Shown: positions 54,491-64,000 of the stretch, one piece after another
Layout of the letters: each line of letters begins with the position of its first letter
Numbering within the stretch: the first letter of the stretch is position 1
NCBI GenBank assembly: GCA_050287785.1
Contig: JBNKCO010000018.1
Coordinates: forward strand, 9,149-73,148
DNA length: 64,000 nucleotides
Origin: Bacteroidales bacterium
Lineage (GTDB): Bacteria; Bacteroidota; Bacteroidia; Bacteroidales; UBA10428
Direction of reading: 5' to 3'
Program-made: the position numbers and the translations under genes
The notes under the pieces: model-generated
Databases searched by the model: none
What the model saw: the letters and a program-made list of their open reading frames with translations, nothing else
What the model was told of the DNA's origin: nothing

Positions 54491-55559
54491 TAACTTTTTC
54501 TTCTTCACGTTGCCAACACAAATCACGCGCGGCTAATTCAAGGTTCTTTTGAATTCGTAACTGCTCCTCTTTATTTCTAACTATATTTTGGATTAACTCC
54601 GCTAGTTTTTGCGGTGTTCTTTCTTCCAATACAGTTCCAATACCATAACTCTCAATAACAGATTTCATTTCGGGCAAATCAGATACTACTACCGGTATTC
54701 TTGCCTGTATATAGTCAAATATCTTATTAGGTAAAGAATATCTATAATTAAGACCTAAATCCTCCTCTAAAGAAATACCTATGTGTGCCTTCCTTGTATA
54801 TTTAGAAAGCTCTTCAAGCTCCACTCTACCAAAAAAAACAACTTTATTTTCTATTTTAAGTTCCTTTGTTAAGTCTTTAAGTTTCGACAAGATTTCACCT
54901 TTCCCAATTACCCAAAGACGCCCCTTATCAATTAATTTAAGTGCCTCAAACATGAGTTCTAGGCCTCGCCCCTTGTTAACTGCTCCTTGATAAATAATAA
55001 TAAATTCATCGTTAATGGGTTTAAAACAAACATCGTGACGAAACATTCCAACATTTCTTATTAACTGGAAGTCTAAATTGTACTTCTCTTTAAAATAATT
55101 TTGAATGGGCTTAGATACCGTATAGCCAAGTTTAATACCAGGCAATAACATCTTTTCTTTAAGGTGCCAGAATTTCTTTACAAATGGACGATCAACTAAT
55201 TCTGGTAATTCGGTAAATAACTCATGACTATCAAACACCAGGGTTTTCTTCCGAAGTTTACTTGTTAGCCAACATGCCAAAAGCGTGTCTAAATCATTAG
55301 AGACAATAATATCTACTGGCACTTTCATTAGGTAGAAAAACAGCCGAATATTGTAATTTGCATAAAACAAGAATGTTTTGTTAAACCAGAGTTTAAATCG
55401 CCTTGTCCTATATATTCTACTAAACAAACTTTCTGAGCCTGATGTTTTGCACCCAACAATAGTAACCTGATAACCATTTCTACAGAGTGTACTTGCTATC
55501 TTATGAACACGATTATCTGCAACAATATCATTAGTAACTGTAAGTATAATATTAATCAA
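54441..55559 (-). CDS. Glycosyltransferase, group 1 (GT4-like)
   Basis: 372 aa with GT-B layout and a C-terminal donor-binding region (YTRKAHIGISLEEDLGLNYRYSLPNKIFDYIQARIPVVVSDLPEM). TTG start. Confidence 0.8.
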   Translation of the reverse strand: MINIILTVTNDIVADNRVHKIASTLCRNGYQVTIVGCKTSGSESLFSRIYRTRRFKLWFNKTFLFYANYNIRLFFYLMKVPVDIIVSNDLDTLLACWLTSKLRKKTLVFDSHELFTELPELVDRPFVKKFWHLKEKMLLPGIKLGYTVSKPIQNYFKEKYNLDFQLIRNVGMFRHDVCFKPINDEFIIIYQGAVNKGRGLELMFEALKLIDKGRLWVIGKGEILSKLKDLTKELKIENKVVFFGRVELEELSKYTRKAHIGISLEEDLGLNYRYSLPNKIFDYIQARIPVVVSDLPEMKSVIESYGIGTVLEERTPQKLAELIQNIVRNKEEQLRIQKNLELAARDLCWQREEEKVIMLYRKAFELLQERNA

Positions 55560-55920
55560 AGCCTGTTTCTTGTTTTATTGTCTGACACAAATCTATTGTT
55601 TATTTCATCTGCAAACAATTATTTTTAAAAAGTCGAATAAATCTATTTCGGATGAATTTATTAAATGATTGTTAGCTTGTATACCAATACAAGCAGTACT
55701 TAATTGAAAATCTATTAGTTAACCTCTTATCTTTTTAGCAAAATAAGCTGACATTATTAAAATAAAGAATTTGAGTTATAAAATTTTTTCTATCAAAACA
55801 ACCCGCTATGTTTAAGCCAACTCACTAATATTCAATCACCAAAACTTATTCAATCTTTAATTCCGGTATTATGATTGTTAAAATAATTAACTATAGTTTC
55901 CAAAACTTGGTATCGATTTA

Positions 55921-55928
55921 TAGCTTTG
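55921..55928 (+). promoter_or_regulatory. Candidate Bacteroidota -7 promoter box for murB
   Basis: TAGCTTTG fits TAnnTTTG and ends 38 nt upstream of the ATG at 55966. Confidence 0.35.
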
Positions 55929-55965
55929 CAACAATTATTTGAACTTATATCAGAAAGCACATACA

Positions 55966-56976
55966 ATGAATATTAAAAAAGAAATATCTCTTAAAGAATA
56001 TAACACTTTCAATATTGATGTTAAAGCAAATGCCTTTATAGAAATAAAACAAATTAGCGATTTACTTGAGTTCTGCAATTCAGAATATAGTGCAATGGAG
56101 CCTAAATTAATCCTTGGTGGAGGAAGCAATATTTTATTTACTGAAGATTACAAGGGTATAATAATTCATTCACAAATTTCGGATCTGGACATAATTGAAG
56201 AAGATGAAAAAAGTATTATAATTAAGGTTGGTAGCGGTGTAGTTTGGGACGACTTGGTTGGATATTGTGTTGAAAAAGGTTGGGGCGGTATTGAGAACTT
56301 ATCAGATATTCCAGGAAATGTTGGTGCTGCACCAGTTCAGAATATTGGCGCGTATGGAGTTGAGGCTAAAGATGCTATTATTAAAGTTGATGCCTTTGAT
56401 TTAAGAAATAGTTCAGTAGTTTGTTTTAATAATAAAGACTGCCAATTTGGATACAGATACAGCATTTTTAAGGAAGCTAAACATAAGAACCTTTTTTTAA
56501 CACATGTAACTTTTAAACTCTCGAAACAACATACCTTAATTACTCAATATGGAAAAGTACAAGAAGAACTTAAAAAATATGATGAACAAACAATCAGAAA
56601 TCTAAGAAAGGTTATAAAAAATATTCGTGGTTCAAAACTTCCTCCTACAGATGAACTTGGTAGTGCTGGTAGTTTTTTTAAAAATCCTGTTATAGAAAAT
56701 TCCCATTACAAGGAGCTTCTTCATAAATTTCCTACCATACCTTCTTACAAACTTGAAAATAATATGGTAAAAATTCCGGCTGCATGGTTAATTGAAAAAT
56801 CGGGAATGAAGGGATATCGAAAAGGTAATGTTGGAACACATAAAAATCAACCTTTAGTAATAGTAAACTATGGAGCAGGAACTGGAAGCGAAATTATTGA
56901 ATTATCTGAACTTATAAGATCAAAGATTTTTGAAATGTTTAAAGTGCAATTGGAACCAGAAGTTTGTTTTGTGTAA
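55966..56976 (+). CDS. murB: UDP-N-acetylenolpyruvoylglucosamine reductase
   Basis: The track ORF begins at a TTG at 55939, but the ATG at 55966 (MNIKKEISLKEYNTFNI) is the typical MurB N-terminus. FAD-binding GGGSNILF; GIENLSDIPGNVGAAPVQNIGAYG; GSAGSFFKNP. Confidence 0.9.
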   Translation: MNIKKEISLKEYNTFNIDVKANAFIEIKQISDLLEFCNSEYSAMEPKLILGGGSNILFTEDYKGIIIHSQISDLDIIEEDEKSIIIKVGSGVVWDDLVGYCVEKGWGGIENLSDIPGNVGAAPVQNIGAYGVEAKDAIIKVDAFDLRNSSVVCFNNKDCQFGYRYSIFKEAKHKNLFLTHVTFKLSKQHTLITQYGKVQEELKKYDEQTIRNLRKVIKNIRGSKLPPTDELGSAGSFFKNPVIENSHYKELLHKFPTIPSYKLENNMVKIPAAWLIEKSGMKGYRKGNVGTHKNQPLVIVNYGAGTGSEIIELSELIRSKIFEMFKVQLEPEVCFV

Positions 56977-56979
56977 GTC

Positions 56980-57702
56980 TCAGTCCTTTTTCCCAAGATA
57001 AATCGGGAACACCCAAGCAACTCCGGCATATATCGAACTCATTTGTGAAAACCTGAAATTACCTTCCGGATATTTTTTGAATATGCTTTGCATTCCTTGA
57101 ATATAACGGATTCTTATTTGAAATTCGCCAATCTTTGAACTGTAAGCTGGTCCTCCTCCTACTATAAATCCATAATCTATCTCGTTATCAATCGGTTTGC
57201 CATAATATGTACGAGCCCCTAAAATTACTGAGTCTGTTTGATAAGATCCTGGTGTAATAATTGAATGGTCATAGTCTTCTGAATATGAATTTTGAAAAGC
57301 TACATATGGTCCAATATCAAATTGTACTCGAAAATCATGAATATGCCATGAAACATGTGCTAATAAAGGTATTTCCACAAAGTTTATAGTTCGGCTATAG
57401 GTAGTATATAAAGATTCGCTAAAATCTTGCCAGCCATGTTGGGAATAATTAACTTCCAGTTGTATTCCTACACTCTTCTCTGCAAAATAGTTAATTATTA
57501 AACCTCCGCTTATTCCTCCAATACTGGATTGTCTGATATTAGGTTGAAAGTCAACAGATGATGAAGTATACCCACCACTGAAACCTATTTGTATATAATC
57601 TTTGAAATCGAACTGGGCATAACTTACAGTTGCCAAGAAGAGTTGAACAAATATGAATATGTGCTTTTTCTTTTTTATCATCTTGCGAATTGTAATTACC
57701 AA
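56980..57702 (-). CDS. Outer-membrane beta-barrel protein (porin-family/OMP_b-brl-like)
   Basis: Signal peptide (FVQLFLATVSYAQ) and alternating amphipathic strands. Confidence 0.6.
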   Translation of the reverse strand: MVITIRKMIKKKKHIFIFVQLFLATVSYAQFDFKDYIQIGFSGGYTSSSVDFQPNIRQSSIGGISGGLIINYFAEKSVGIQLEVNYSQHGWQDFSESLYTTYSRTINFVEIPLLAHVSWHIHDFRVQFDIGPYVAFQNSYSEDYDHSIITPGSYQTDSVILGARTYYGKPIDNEIDYGFIVGGGPAYSSKIGEFQIRIRYIQGMQSIFKKYPEGNFRFSQMSSIYAGVAWVFPIYLGKKD

Positions 57703-57720
57703 TTAGCTTTCTTCAATTAA

Positions 57721-59133
57721 TTATACAACACTCTGCAATACACCTTGAACCGCCAACAACAGTTCACGAACACGAACCGAATCTTTAGCTTCAGCATAAA
57801 GCCTAAGCACTGGATACAATGTTGATGGTCTAATTAGTACCCACTCGTCTAGCCCAAAGTGAAACTTATAACCATCAAGGTCTTCAACCTTAGTTACAAG
57901 GTTTTTTCCAAACTCTGTAAATTCACCAAGCTTGCATTTTTCAAAAATTTTAGTGCGGACATTCTTGTTTAGCTGCATATCAATTCTTTCAAAAGCAAAC
58001 TCGCCTGTAATTTCCTCTACTTCCCGCAATAACTCATGAAGCGAAATATTCTTTTCAACTAACCAACTCCAGATAAGTAGTCCAACCCATATCCCATCTC
58101 TTTCTGGCATATAATTTCCGGTAGTCATTCCACCAGTCTCTTCTCCCCCAACAAGAATATCTTCGCGTAGCATTATATCAGCTATATTGTTAAATCCAAT
58201 TTTGGTTCGAACAACCTCTAACTGATAATGTGCTGCTAACAACTCCACTTTTGCTGTACATGAAAAACTTGCAACTACTTTGCCCCTTTGATCTTCATAC
58301 TTACATAAATAATGAATAAGGGCAAGCAATATTTTATGAGAATTGATGTAGTTTCCTTCCTTATCGTATATAGCCATTCTATCGCCATCAGCATCAACAG
58401 CTAATGAACAATCAATATCCTTTTTCGTCCAGACAAAATCAGCCAACTCATGTAAATTCATATGAATAGGCTCGGGGGTAATATTATTAAAAGATGGATT
58501 TTGCTCGCAATGAAATAACTTTACTTTTGGCATTAATTTTCTCAAAACATTCTGAGTACTCCCATACATAGCATCAAAAGCAAAATTCAGCCCTGAATCA
58601 TTAAGCTTCTCAATATCAAAATTATCCCGAATATGCTTTAAGTATATCGATTCTATATTAACATACTGAATTTTTCCCTGCTCAAGCAAATAATTCCAGT
58701 TCAACATCTCTAAATCAAACTCATACTCTGATGATATTAGATCTTCAATATCTCTTACATCCTTATTAAGCATGGGGCCTCCATGCGCACCTTTCAGTTT
58801 AATTCCATTATATATTGCAGGACTATGACTTGCAGTAATTACTATGCCACATTCGGCTTTTAACTTAACAACCGCAAGCGAAACCATTGGAGTTGAAACA
58901 AAACTCTCTGGTATATAAACCTGAATCCCCTTTGAAGCCAAAATTTTTGCTACTGCTTCCATAAACATTTCCCCGCCAAATCTACAGTCATATCCAATAA
59001 CTACCGATGATGCCTGAAATTTATTGGTCATCCATTTGGCAATGGCATGCGCAACTAAAGCAACATTTTGCAAAGTAAAATCCTTTGCAATTATGCCCCA
59101 CCAACCATCTGTGCCAAATTTAATTTTACCCAT
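57721..59133 (-). CDS. Phosphohexomutase (phosphoglucomutase/phosphomannomutase family)
   Basis: Active-site loop TASHSPAIYNGIKL, metal loop DADGDR, sugar loop GGEETGG. Confidence 0.85.
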   Translation of the reverse strand: MGKIKFGTDGWWGIIAKDFTLQNVALVAHAIAKWMTNKFQASSVVIGYDCRFGGEMFMEAVAKILASKGIQVYIPESFVSTPMVSLAVVKLKAECGIVITASHSPAIYNGIKLKGAHGGPMLNKDVRDIEDLISSEYEFDLEMLNWNYLLEQGKIQYVNIESIYLKHIRDNFDIEKLNDSGLNFAFDAMYGSTQNVLRKLMPKVKLFHCEQNPSFNNITPEPIHMNLHELADFVWTKKDIDCSLAVDADGDRMAIYDKEGNYINSHKILLALIHYLCKYEDQRGKVVASFSCTAKVELLAAHYQLEVVRTKIGFNNIADIMLREDILVGGEETGGMTTGNYMPERDGIWVGLLIWSWLVEKNISLHELLREVEEITGEFAFERIDMQLNKNVRTKIFEKCKLGEFTEFGKNLVTKVEDLDGYKFHFGLDEWVLIRPSTLYPVLRLYAEAKDSVRVRELLLAVQGVLQSVV

Positions 59134-59221
59134 ATATTATTCGTTGATTTCTTTTTGACTATTTAATAATCATTCTTTGGTGAATAAGATAACACTTTCC
59201 CTCTTAACCACAACAAAGATA

Positions 59222-60268
59222 CTATTTATATATTCTTCGCTTATTTAATTCGCGCTGATAAGCCTTTGCATTTTTATTGTGTTGATTTAAAGTTCTTGCA
59301 AAACTATGATAACCTGAAAAATCAGCCTTAGCACAAAAATAAATATAATTATGCTTTTCATAATTCAGTACAGCATCTATTGAACTAATCTCTGGCAGAC
59401 AAATAGGTCCAGGAGGAATACCGGCATATCTATAAGTATTAAAAGGCGAGTCAATATTTTTATGCTTGTTAAGCACACGACGAATTGAAAAATCATCAAG
59501 CGCAAATATCACAGTTGGATCAGCCTGAAGACGCATACCCATTTTTACGCGATTGATGTAAACACCTGCAATGGTTTTCTTCTCATCATTTTTTTGGGTC
59601 TCAAGATTTATTATTGAGGCTAACGATATTACTTCCTCCTGGCTCATTCCAATCTTCTTTGCCTTACTTTGTCTGGTCTTATTCCAAAAATGCCGGTATT
59701 CCTTTTCCATTCGCGCCACAAACTTTTCCGGGCTTATATTCCAAAATATTTCATATGTATTCGGAATAAAAATACACGAAATAGTATTTTCATTAAAACC
59801 ATATTTAGCTAAGGTTGAAGAATCGGTAAGATAACTTATTAATGATAAGGAATCCAATTCAAGCTGTTTTGCTATTTCTGCTGAAAGGTGCCTAATTGTG
59901 CGAATATTATTAAAAGTAAGTTTTACTGGTTCCTGCTTTCCCGACCTTAAAAGGTTTACTAATTCATTATTCGACATCCGGTGTTTTAAAAGATATCGGC
60001 CTGAATTAACATGATTAGAATAATTTTTACGGTTAGCGGTCCACTCAAAGCTTTTTATACTCTTAAGTATATCGGCTTCAACCAGTATTTTTTTAACTGA
60101 ATCGTAATTGGAGCCAGTTGGAATATATAAATAGAACTCTTTTCCATCACTAATTGAAACTGATGGTGCATATGCTTTAGAATATATACCAAGGGCCTTT
60201 ATGCCTCCAACAACCAGCAATACAACAAACCCTAGTGAAATAATTTTAATTGCTCTGCTTGCGCTCAT
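59222..60268 (-). CDS. mltG: Endolytic murein transglycosylase MltG (YceG-like)
   Basis: N-terminal TM anchor. YceG motifs (LASIINLETQKNDEKKTIAGVYINRVKMGMRLQADPTV...NTYRYAGIPPGPICLP). Confidence 0.85.
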   Translation of the reverse strand: MSASRAIKIISLGFVVLLVVGGIKALGIYSKAYAPSVSISDGKEFYLYIPTGSNYDSVKKILVEADILKSIKSFEWTANRKNYSNHVNSGRYLLKHRMSNNELVNLLRSGKQEPVKLTFNNIRTIRHLSAEIAKQLELDSLSLISYLTDSSTLAKYGFNENTISCIFIPNTYEIFWNISPEKFVARMEKEYRHFWNKTRQSKAKKIGMSQEEVISLASIINLETQKNDEKKTIAGVYINRVKMGMRLQADPTVIFALDDFSIRRVLNKHKNIDSPFNTYRYAGIPPGPICLPEISSIDAVLNYEKHNYIYFCAKADFSGYHSFARTLNQHNKNAKAYQRELNKRRIYK

Positions 60269-60291
60269 TCAAATATTTTTATTTACTATAA

Positions 60292-61728
60292 CTATTTTCG
60301 ACCCTGTTTTATTACATATAACTGTCCAGCTTCATCGCGAATGACTTTTACTTCTTCGCCTTTATCGATGAACCCGATTTCTGCTTTAGCATCAAATAGT
60401 TCACCATCAACCATTACTTTGCCTGATGGTCGTAGAACAGTATATGCCGCACCAACTTTGCCAATCATTTCTTTCTGATGGGTATCGATGCCAATAAAAC
60501 CATTATCTTTTTGTTGTTCGGCATCTAATGCTATTCCCTGAAACCACTGCGAAGACCCAACTTTCTTACTTATGTAAATTGACACAACAAAGGCTATAAC
60601 AACAGAGGCCATTACTCTGACTAAAAGTCCTAGTACCGTTCTAAAAGCACCAAGACCTTCAAATTCAAATATTACATTATCAACAAGACTAAGAGTCAGC
60701 CCTGCAAGAATAAACATTATTCCAGCCACTCCGGCTACTCCAAAACCTGGTATAACAAATATTTCAAGTGCTAATAGAATTAATCCGGCTACAAAAAGTA
60801 GTAGTTCCCAATTCTCAGCAAACCCTTCAATATATAAAGGAGCAAAATATAAAAGGGCAGCCATAATTGCTATTCCAAGCGGAAAACCTATTCCAGGAGT
60901 TTGTAGTTCAAAATAAATACCTCCTATAATTAATACAATTAATATACCTTGCACAGATGGTCTTAACATGAATCGGATAAATGACTCAACACCTTGTGGT
61001 TTATAATAATATACATCGGCATCAGATAATCCAGTTTTCTCAAGAACTTCCTTTAAATCTTTAGCCATTCCCTCACAATAATGAACCTTTACTGCCTCCT
61101 CGGCGGTTAAGGTCAGAACCTGACCTGTATCACTAATTTCTTCGACCCAAAGTCGAGGATCTACCATTGCTTCTGCAATTTTCGGATCGCGATGCCATCT
61201 AATTATTGTATCTGTACCCGATATTATCGTGTCTTTTCCATGAGATTCGGCAGTAGCACGCATTGTAGATCGCATAAACGACTGGTACTTATCAGGTACG
61301 GCTTCACCCGACTGACTGACTACTGTTGCTGCACCAATACTTCCCCCAGGACGCATAAAAATACTATCGCAAGCAATAGAAATAAGTGCTCCGGCAGATA
61401 TTGCCTGATTATCAACAAATGCTATTACCGGAATTTGTGAATTAATTATTCTGGTTCGAATAGAATCTGCAATATCTACCCTACCACCGTAGGTATTAAT
61501 GTGAAGAATAATATAATCAACATCCTTTTCTTGTGCCTCTTCAAATGCAAACTGAGAGCTTCTAAGAGCAGGCTTCGCTATTTCCTCACGAATTTCATAT
61601 ACTAATATTTTAGTTGTATCGCTATTTTGGGCAGATAAATACACACTACATAAACTAAGTATTAGTAGTGATAATATTTTTACCTTACTGAATAATCTTC
61701 TTATCATAGTAATAATTATTATAGTCAC
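60292..61728 (-). CDS. NfeD-family membrane-bound ClpP-class serine protease (long form)
   Basis: Signal peptide, ClpP-like domain (INTYGGRVDIADSI...NQAISAGALISIACD), 4-5 TM helices, and a C-terminal OB domain (GKVGAAYTVLRPSGKVMVDGELFDAKAE). Confidence 0.8.
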   Translation of the reverse strand: MTIIIITMIRRLFSKVKILSLLILSLCSVYLSAQNSDTTKILVYEIREEIAKPALRSSQFAFEEAQEKDVDYIILHINTYGGRVDIADSIRTRIINSQIPVIAFVDNQAISAGALISIACDSIFMRPGGSIGAATVVSQSGEAVPDKYQSFMRSTMRATAESHGKDTIISGTDTIIRWHRDPKIAEAMVDPRLWVEEISDTGQVLTLTAEEAVKVHYCEGMAKDLKEVLEKTGLSDADVYYYKPQGVESFIRFMLRPSVQGILIVLIIGGIYFELQTPGIGFPLGIAIMAALLYFAPLYIEGFAENWELLLFVAGLILLALEIFVIPGFGVAGVAGIMFILAGLTLSLVDNVIFEFEGLGAFRTVLGLLVRVMASVVIAFVVSIYISKKVGSSQWFQGIALDAEQQKDNGFIGIDTHQKEMIGKVGAAYTVLRPSGKVMVDGELFDAKAEIGFIDKGEEVKVIRDEAGQLYVIKQGRK

Positions 61729-61817
61729 GAAATTATATAAAGATGGCTAATGAGCAAGGAAAAAGTTAATGTATAAAATAAAAAGCACCAAAATTGAGCA
61801 TTGATAAAGAGATTTAT

Positions 61818-62459
61818 TTAGTGCCTATATTGCAATATATCCATCAAAAATGGTTTCAATCCACTAAAGAAAAACTCTACAGCAATAACCATTAAGATAA
61901 GTCCCATTAATCGCATCAATACATTATTTCCTGTTTCACCAAGAAGCTTAGTTATTCTTGAAGAGCTTAATAAAAGAACAAAAGTAATTAGTAAAACAAA
62001 TAATACTGCTGCAACAAGAATTAGTTTGTGAGAGATTGTTGTTGCATCTTCCATTAAAACAATTGAATTAGTTATTGCTCCCGGGCCACACAATATAGGA
62101 ATTGCAAGTGGTGTTATTGAAATATCATTCACATATTTTTTTACTTCAGAATTGTTAATTTTCACCTTACCTAATCTGGCTTGCAACATATCCATTCCCA
62201 TAAGGAAGAAAATTACACCGCCAACAATCCGAAAACTATTAACTGATATTCCAAAGAACTTAAACAGTAACTGTCCGGAAAAAGCAAATATTATAATTGT
62301 AACAAATGCAACGAATGTAGCTTTTCGGGCTGTAATCTTACGTTGTTCTGGAGTTAAATCGGCTGTCATTGTAATAAAGACAGGCATTATACCCATAGGG
62401 TTTATAAGTGAGAAAAAAGAAGTAAAAGCCAACAATCCAAAAGAAAGCAATTCGTTCAT
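61818..62459 (-). CDS. MarC-family (UPF0056) integral membrane protein
   Basis: 213 aa with 6 TM helices. INPMGIMPVFITMT...FFGISVNSFRIVGGVIFFLMGMDML. Confidence 0.8.
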   Translation of the reverse strand: MNELLSFGLLAFTSFFSLINPMGIMPVFITMTADLTPEQRKITARKATFVAFVTIIIFAFSGQLLFKFFGISVNSFRIVGGVIFFLMGMDMLQARLGKVKINNSEVKKYVNDISITPLAIPILCGPGAITNSIVLMEDATTISHKLILVAAVLFVLLITFVLLLSSSRITKLLGETGNNVLMRLMGLILMVIAVEFFFSGLKPFLMDILQYRH

Positions 62460-62835
62460 TATATTTTTTTTGCTAAGGTAGATTAATACATTCGATCAAC
62501 TATTTTATATCGAAATATAAAGCATTATTATTAAAAACATCTGAGCCCTGTACTAAATTACTACCTAAGTTGTAATCTGACAGATATTTTTTTCGGTTTC
62601 CAGTTCTTACATTTCATTAATTTATCACAAACCAGGTATAAGACAATATGCTATTCAAAACAAAAATTGAAATCTTTATTGCAAAGTAGTAATAGAATTA
62701 TATAGACTTGATTCTGACAGGTAGTTTAAGAATGATAATTCCTGTCTTCAACATAAATAAACAAAATTAAATATTCTTCCACCGGATACTTCGGTATCTT
62801 CGCCGATCTGGTAGTTAAGATCTCCCCTTTTTTTC

Positions 62836-62843
62836 TACCTTTG
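62836..62843 (+). promoter_or_regulatory. Candidate -7 promoter box for purB
   Basis: TACCTTTG fits TAnnTTTG and ends 19 nt before the ATG at 62863. Confidence 0.4.
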
Positions 62844-62862
62844 TGACCTAATTTTTTTTAAG

Positions 62863-64000
62863 ATGAATTTAACAGAACTTTCAGCAATTAGTCCGATAGA
62901 CGGTAGGTATAGAAACAAAGTTGAAGAATTGTCCGAATATTTCTCAGAATTTGGACTGATAAGATACAGAGTGCAGATTGAAATTGAATATTTTATAGCA
63001 CTAAGTCGTTTTAAGTTAACACAACTGGCAGATATTGATAAAAAAATATTTGAAGATTTAAGAAAGATTTACATCAATTTTTCTCTCGAAGATGCGCAGG
63101 AAGCAAAAGATATTGAACGAGAAACTAACCATGATGTTAAGGCTGTAGAATATTTTATTAAACGTAGATTTGATAAACTAGGATTAGAGAAATATAAGGA
63201 GTTTGTTCACTTTGGCCTTACTTCGCAGGATATAAATAATACTGCTATTCCACTTTCTTACAAAGAGGCACTTAAAGAAGCATATTTCCCCCTTCTAGGA
63301 AAAACAATTGATAAACTAATAGCTCTATCCGAAGAGTGGAAAGATATTCCATTGCTGGCTCGCACGCATGGACAACCAGCCTCTCCTACCCGCTTAGGAA
63401 AAGAAATTAATGTGTTTGTAGAAAGACTAAAAACTCAGCTGGGACAAATGAAACAATTACCTATTTCCGCTAAATTTGGTGGAGCAACAGGAAATTTCAA
63501 TGCACACCATGTTGCATATCCAGAGGCTGATTGGGCTGAATTTGGAAATGCCTTTGTCAATAACGTACTTGGACTTAACCGCTTGCAAACAACAACTCAA
63601 ATTGAGCATTACGATAACTTTGCTGCATCTTTTGATAATCTAGCAAGAATTAACACAATACTTATTGATTTCTGTCGTGATATATGGACATATGTTTCAA
63701 TGGATTACTTCAAACAAAAAATAAAGGCCGGTGAAGTTGGTTCTTCAGCCATGCCTCATAAGGTTAATCCTATTGATTTTGAAAATGCAGAAGGAAACCT
63801 TGGAATAGCAAATGCCATTGCTCAGCATCTTTCAACTAAGCTTCCAATTTCAAGGCTACAGCGAGATTTAACAGATTCAACTGTTCTTAGAAATATTGGT
63901 GTTCCATTAGCTCATACTTTCATTGCTCTTAAATCAATTCTGAAGGGTTTAGACAAACTCCTTTTAAACCAGGATAAAATTATAAAGGACCTTGAAGATA
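62863..64000 (+). CDS. purB: Adenylosuccinate lyase (3' end beyond the window; absent from the ORF track because no stop is reached)
   Basis: My own translation begins MNLTELSAISPIDGRYRNKVEELSEYFSEFGLIRYRVQIEIEYF... It contains the fumarate-lyase signature GSSAMPHKVNP (~63735-63767). Confidence 0.9.
   Translation, partial: MNLTELSAISPIDGRYRNKVEELSEYFSEFGLIRYRVQIEIEYFIALSRFKLTQLADIDKKIFEDLRKIYINFSLEDAQEAKDIERETNHDVKAVEYFIKRRFDKLGLEKYKEFVHFGLTSQDINNTAIPLSYKEALKEAYFPLLGKTIDKLIALSEEWKDIPLLARTHGQPASPTRLGKEINVFVERLKTQLGQMKQLPISAKFGGATGNFNAHHVAYPEADWAEFGNAFVNNVLGLNRLQTTTQIEHYDNFAASFDNLARINTILIDFCRDIWTYVSMDYFKQKIKAGEVGSSAMPHKVNPIDFENAEGNLGIANAIAQHLSTKLPISRLQRDLTDSTVLRNIGVPLAHTFIALKSILKGLDKLLLNQDKIIKDLED

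Noticed and set aside
61-62481. The many 60-120-aa ORFs nested inside or antisense to large genes (for example 812-1036, 1195-1476, 8471-8707, 16348-16605, 17618-17977, 18865-19230, 23478-23720, 24142-24495, 32361-32669, 43296-43628, 43924-44259, 46857-47135, 47017-47364, 47497-47835, 52975-53274, 61192-61440, 62152-62481)
   Set aside because: Each lies wholly within a longer ORF that has clear family motifs. None shows a recognisable motif, and the low-complexity or mirror-frame composition indicates shadow ORFs.
62821-62862. Resemblance of UUUUCUACC upstream of purB to the purine-riboswitch J2/3 UUUCUACC
   Set aside because: No P1 helix, no P3 hairpin and no conserved loop-loop nucleotides could be placed around it. 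The string overlaps the TAnnTTTG promoter box, so the resemblance is treated as coincidence.
1-64000. Searched for rRNA, tRNA, CRISPR arrays, transposases, integrases, reverse transcriptases and prophage genes
   Set aside because: I found no regularly spaced direct-repeat array, no tRNA-like T-arm or acceptor patterns, and no recombinase or RT motifs in any listed ORF. This was a scan by eye only; tRNAscan-SE/Infernal should confirm it.

Overview
This is a 64-kb AT-rich segment that reads as a Bacteroidota chromosome. It has SusC/SusD pairs, three large proteins ending in T9SS C-terminal sorting domains, and TAnnTTTG-type promoter boxes. Bases 1-18057 (+ strand) form a polysaccharide-utilisation locus cut at the left edge: SusC (partial), SusD, two FAS1 lipoproteins, SusC, SusD, a 1039-aa repeat-built T9SS surface protein, and GH2. 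Bases 18.1-40.1 kb (almost all - strand) look accessory. They contain a disrupted small ORF coupled to a 249-aa uncharacterised, possibly HEPN-like protein, a lipoprotein, a membrane MutS-domain-V ATPase and a ~150-nt imperfect palindrome. Next come a 975-aa DUF333/papain-C1/Fn3/2xGEVED/T9SS protease downstream of an ECF sigma and putative anti-sigma, DUF4870, and a repeat-domain 2TM-pore channel protein. Then come BlaI plus a BlaR1(M56)-FGE fusion with perfect palindromic operators, and a DtxR / DtxR-FeoA / FeoB locus whose FeoB is broken by one in-frame TAA. The block ends with an S41 peptidase, a membrane XRE regulator, DUF2132, and an SPFH + ribbon-helix-helix pair preceded by an 11-bp-phased ATATC array. 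Bases 40.6-64 kb are mostly housekeeping: pntAA-pntAB-pntB, sucA-sucB, a diaminopropionate-ammonia-lyase-like PLP enzyme, DUF2062, a glycosyltransferase, murB, an OM barrel, phosphohexomutase, mltG, NfeD, MarC and purB (cut at the right edge). The exception there is a T9SS CotH-kinase operon. I recognised no rRNA, tRNA, CRISPR array, transposase or integrase. All protein family calls come from motif recall on the supplied translations, not from searches.
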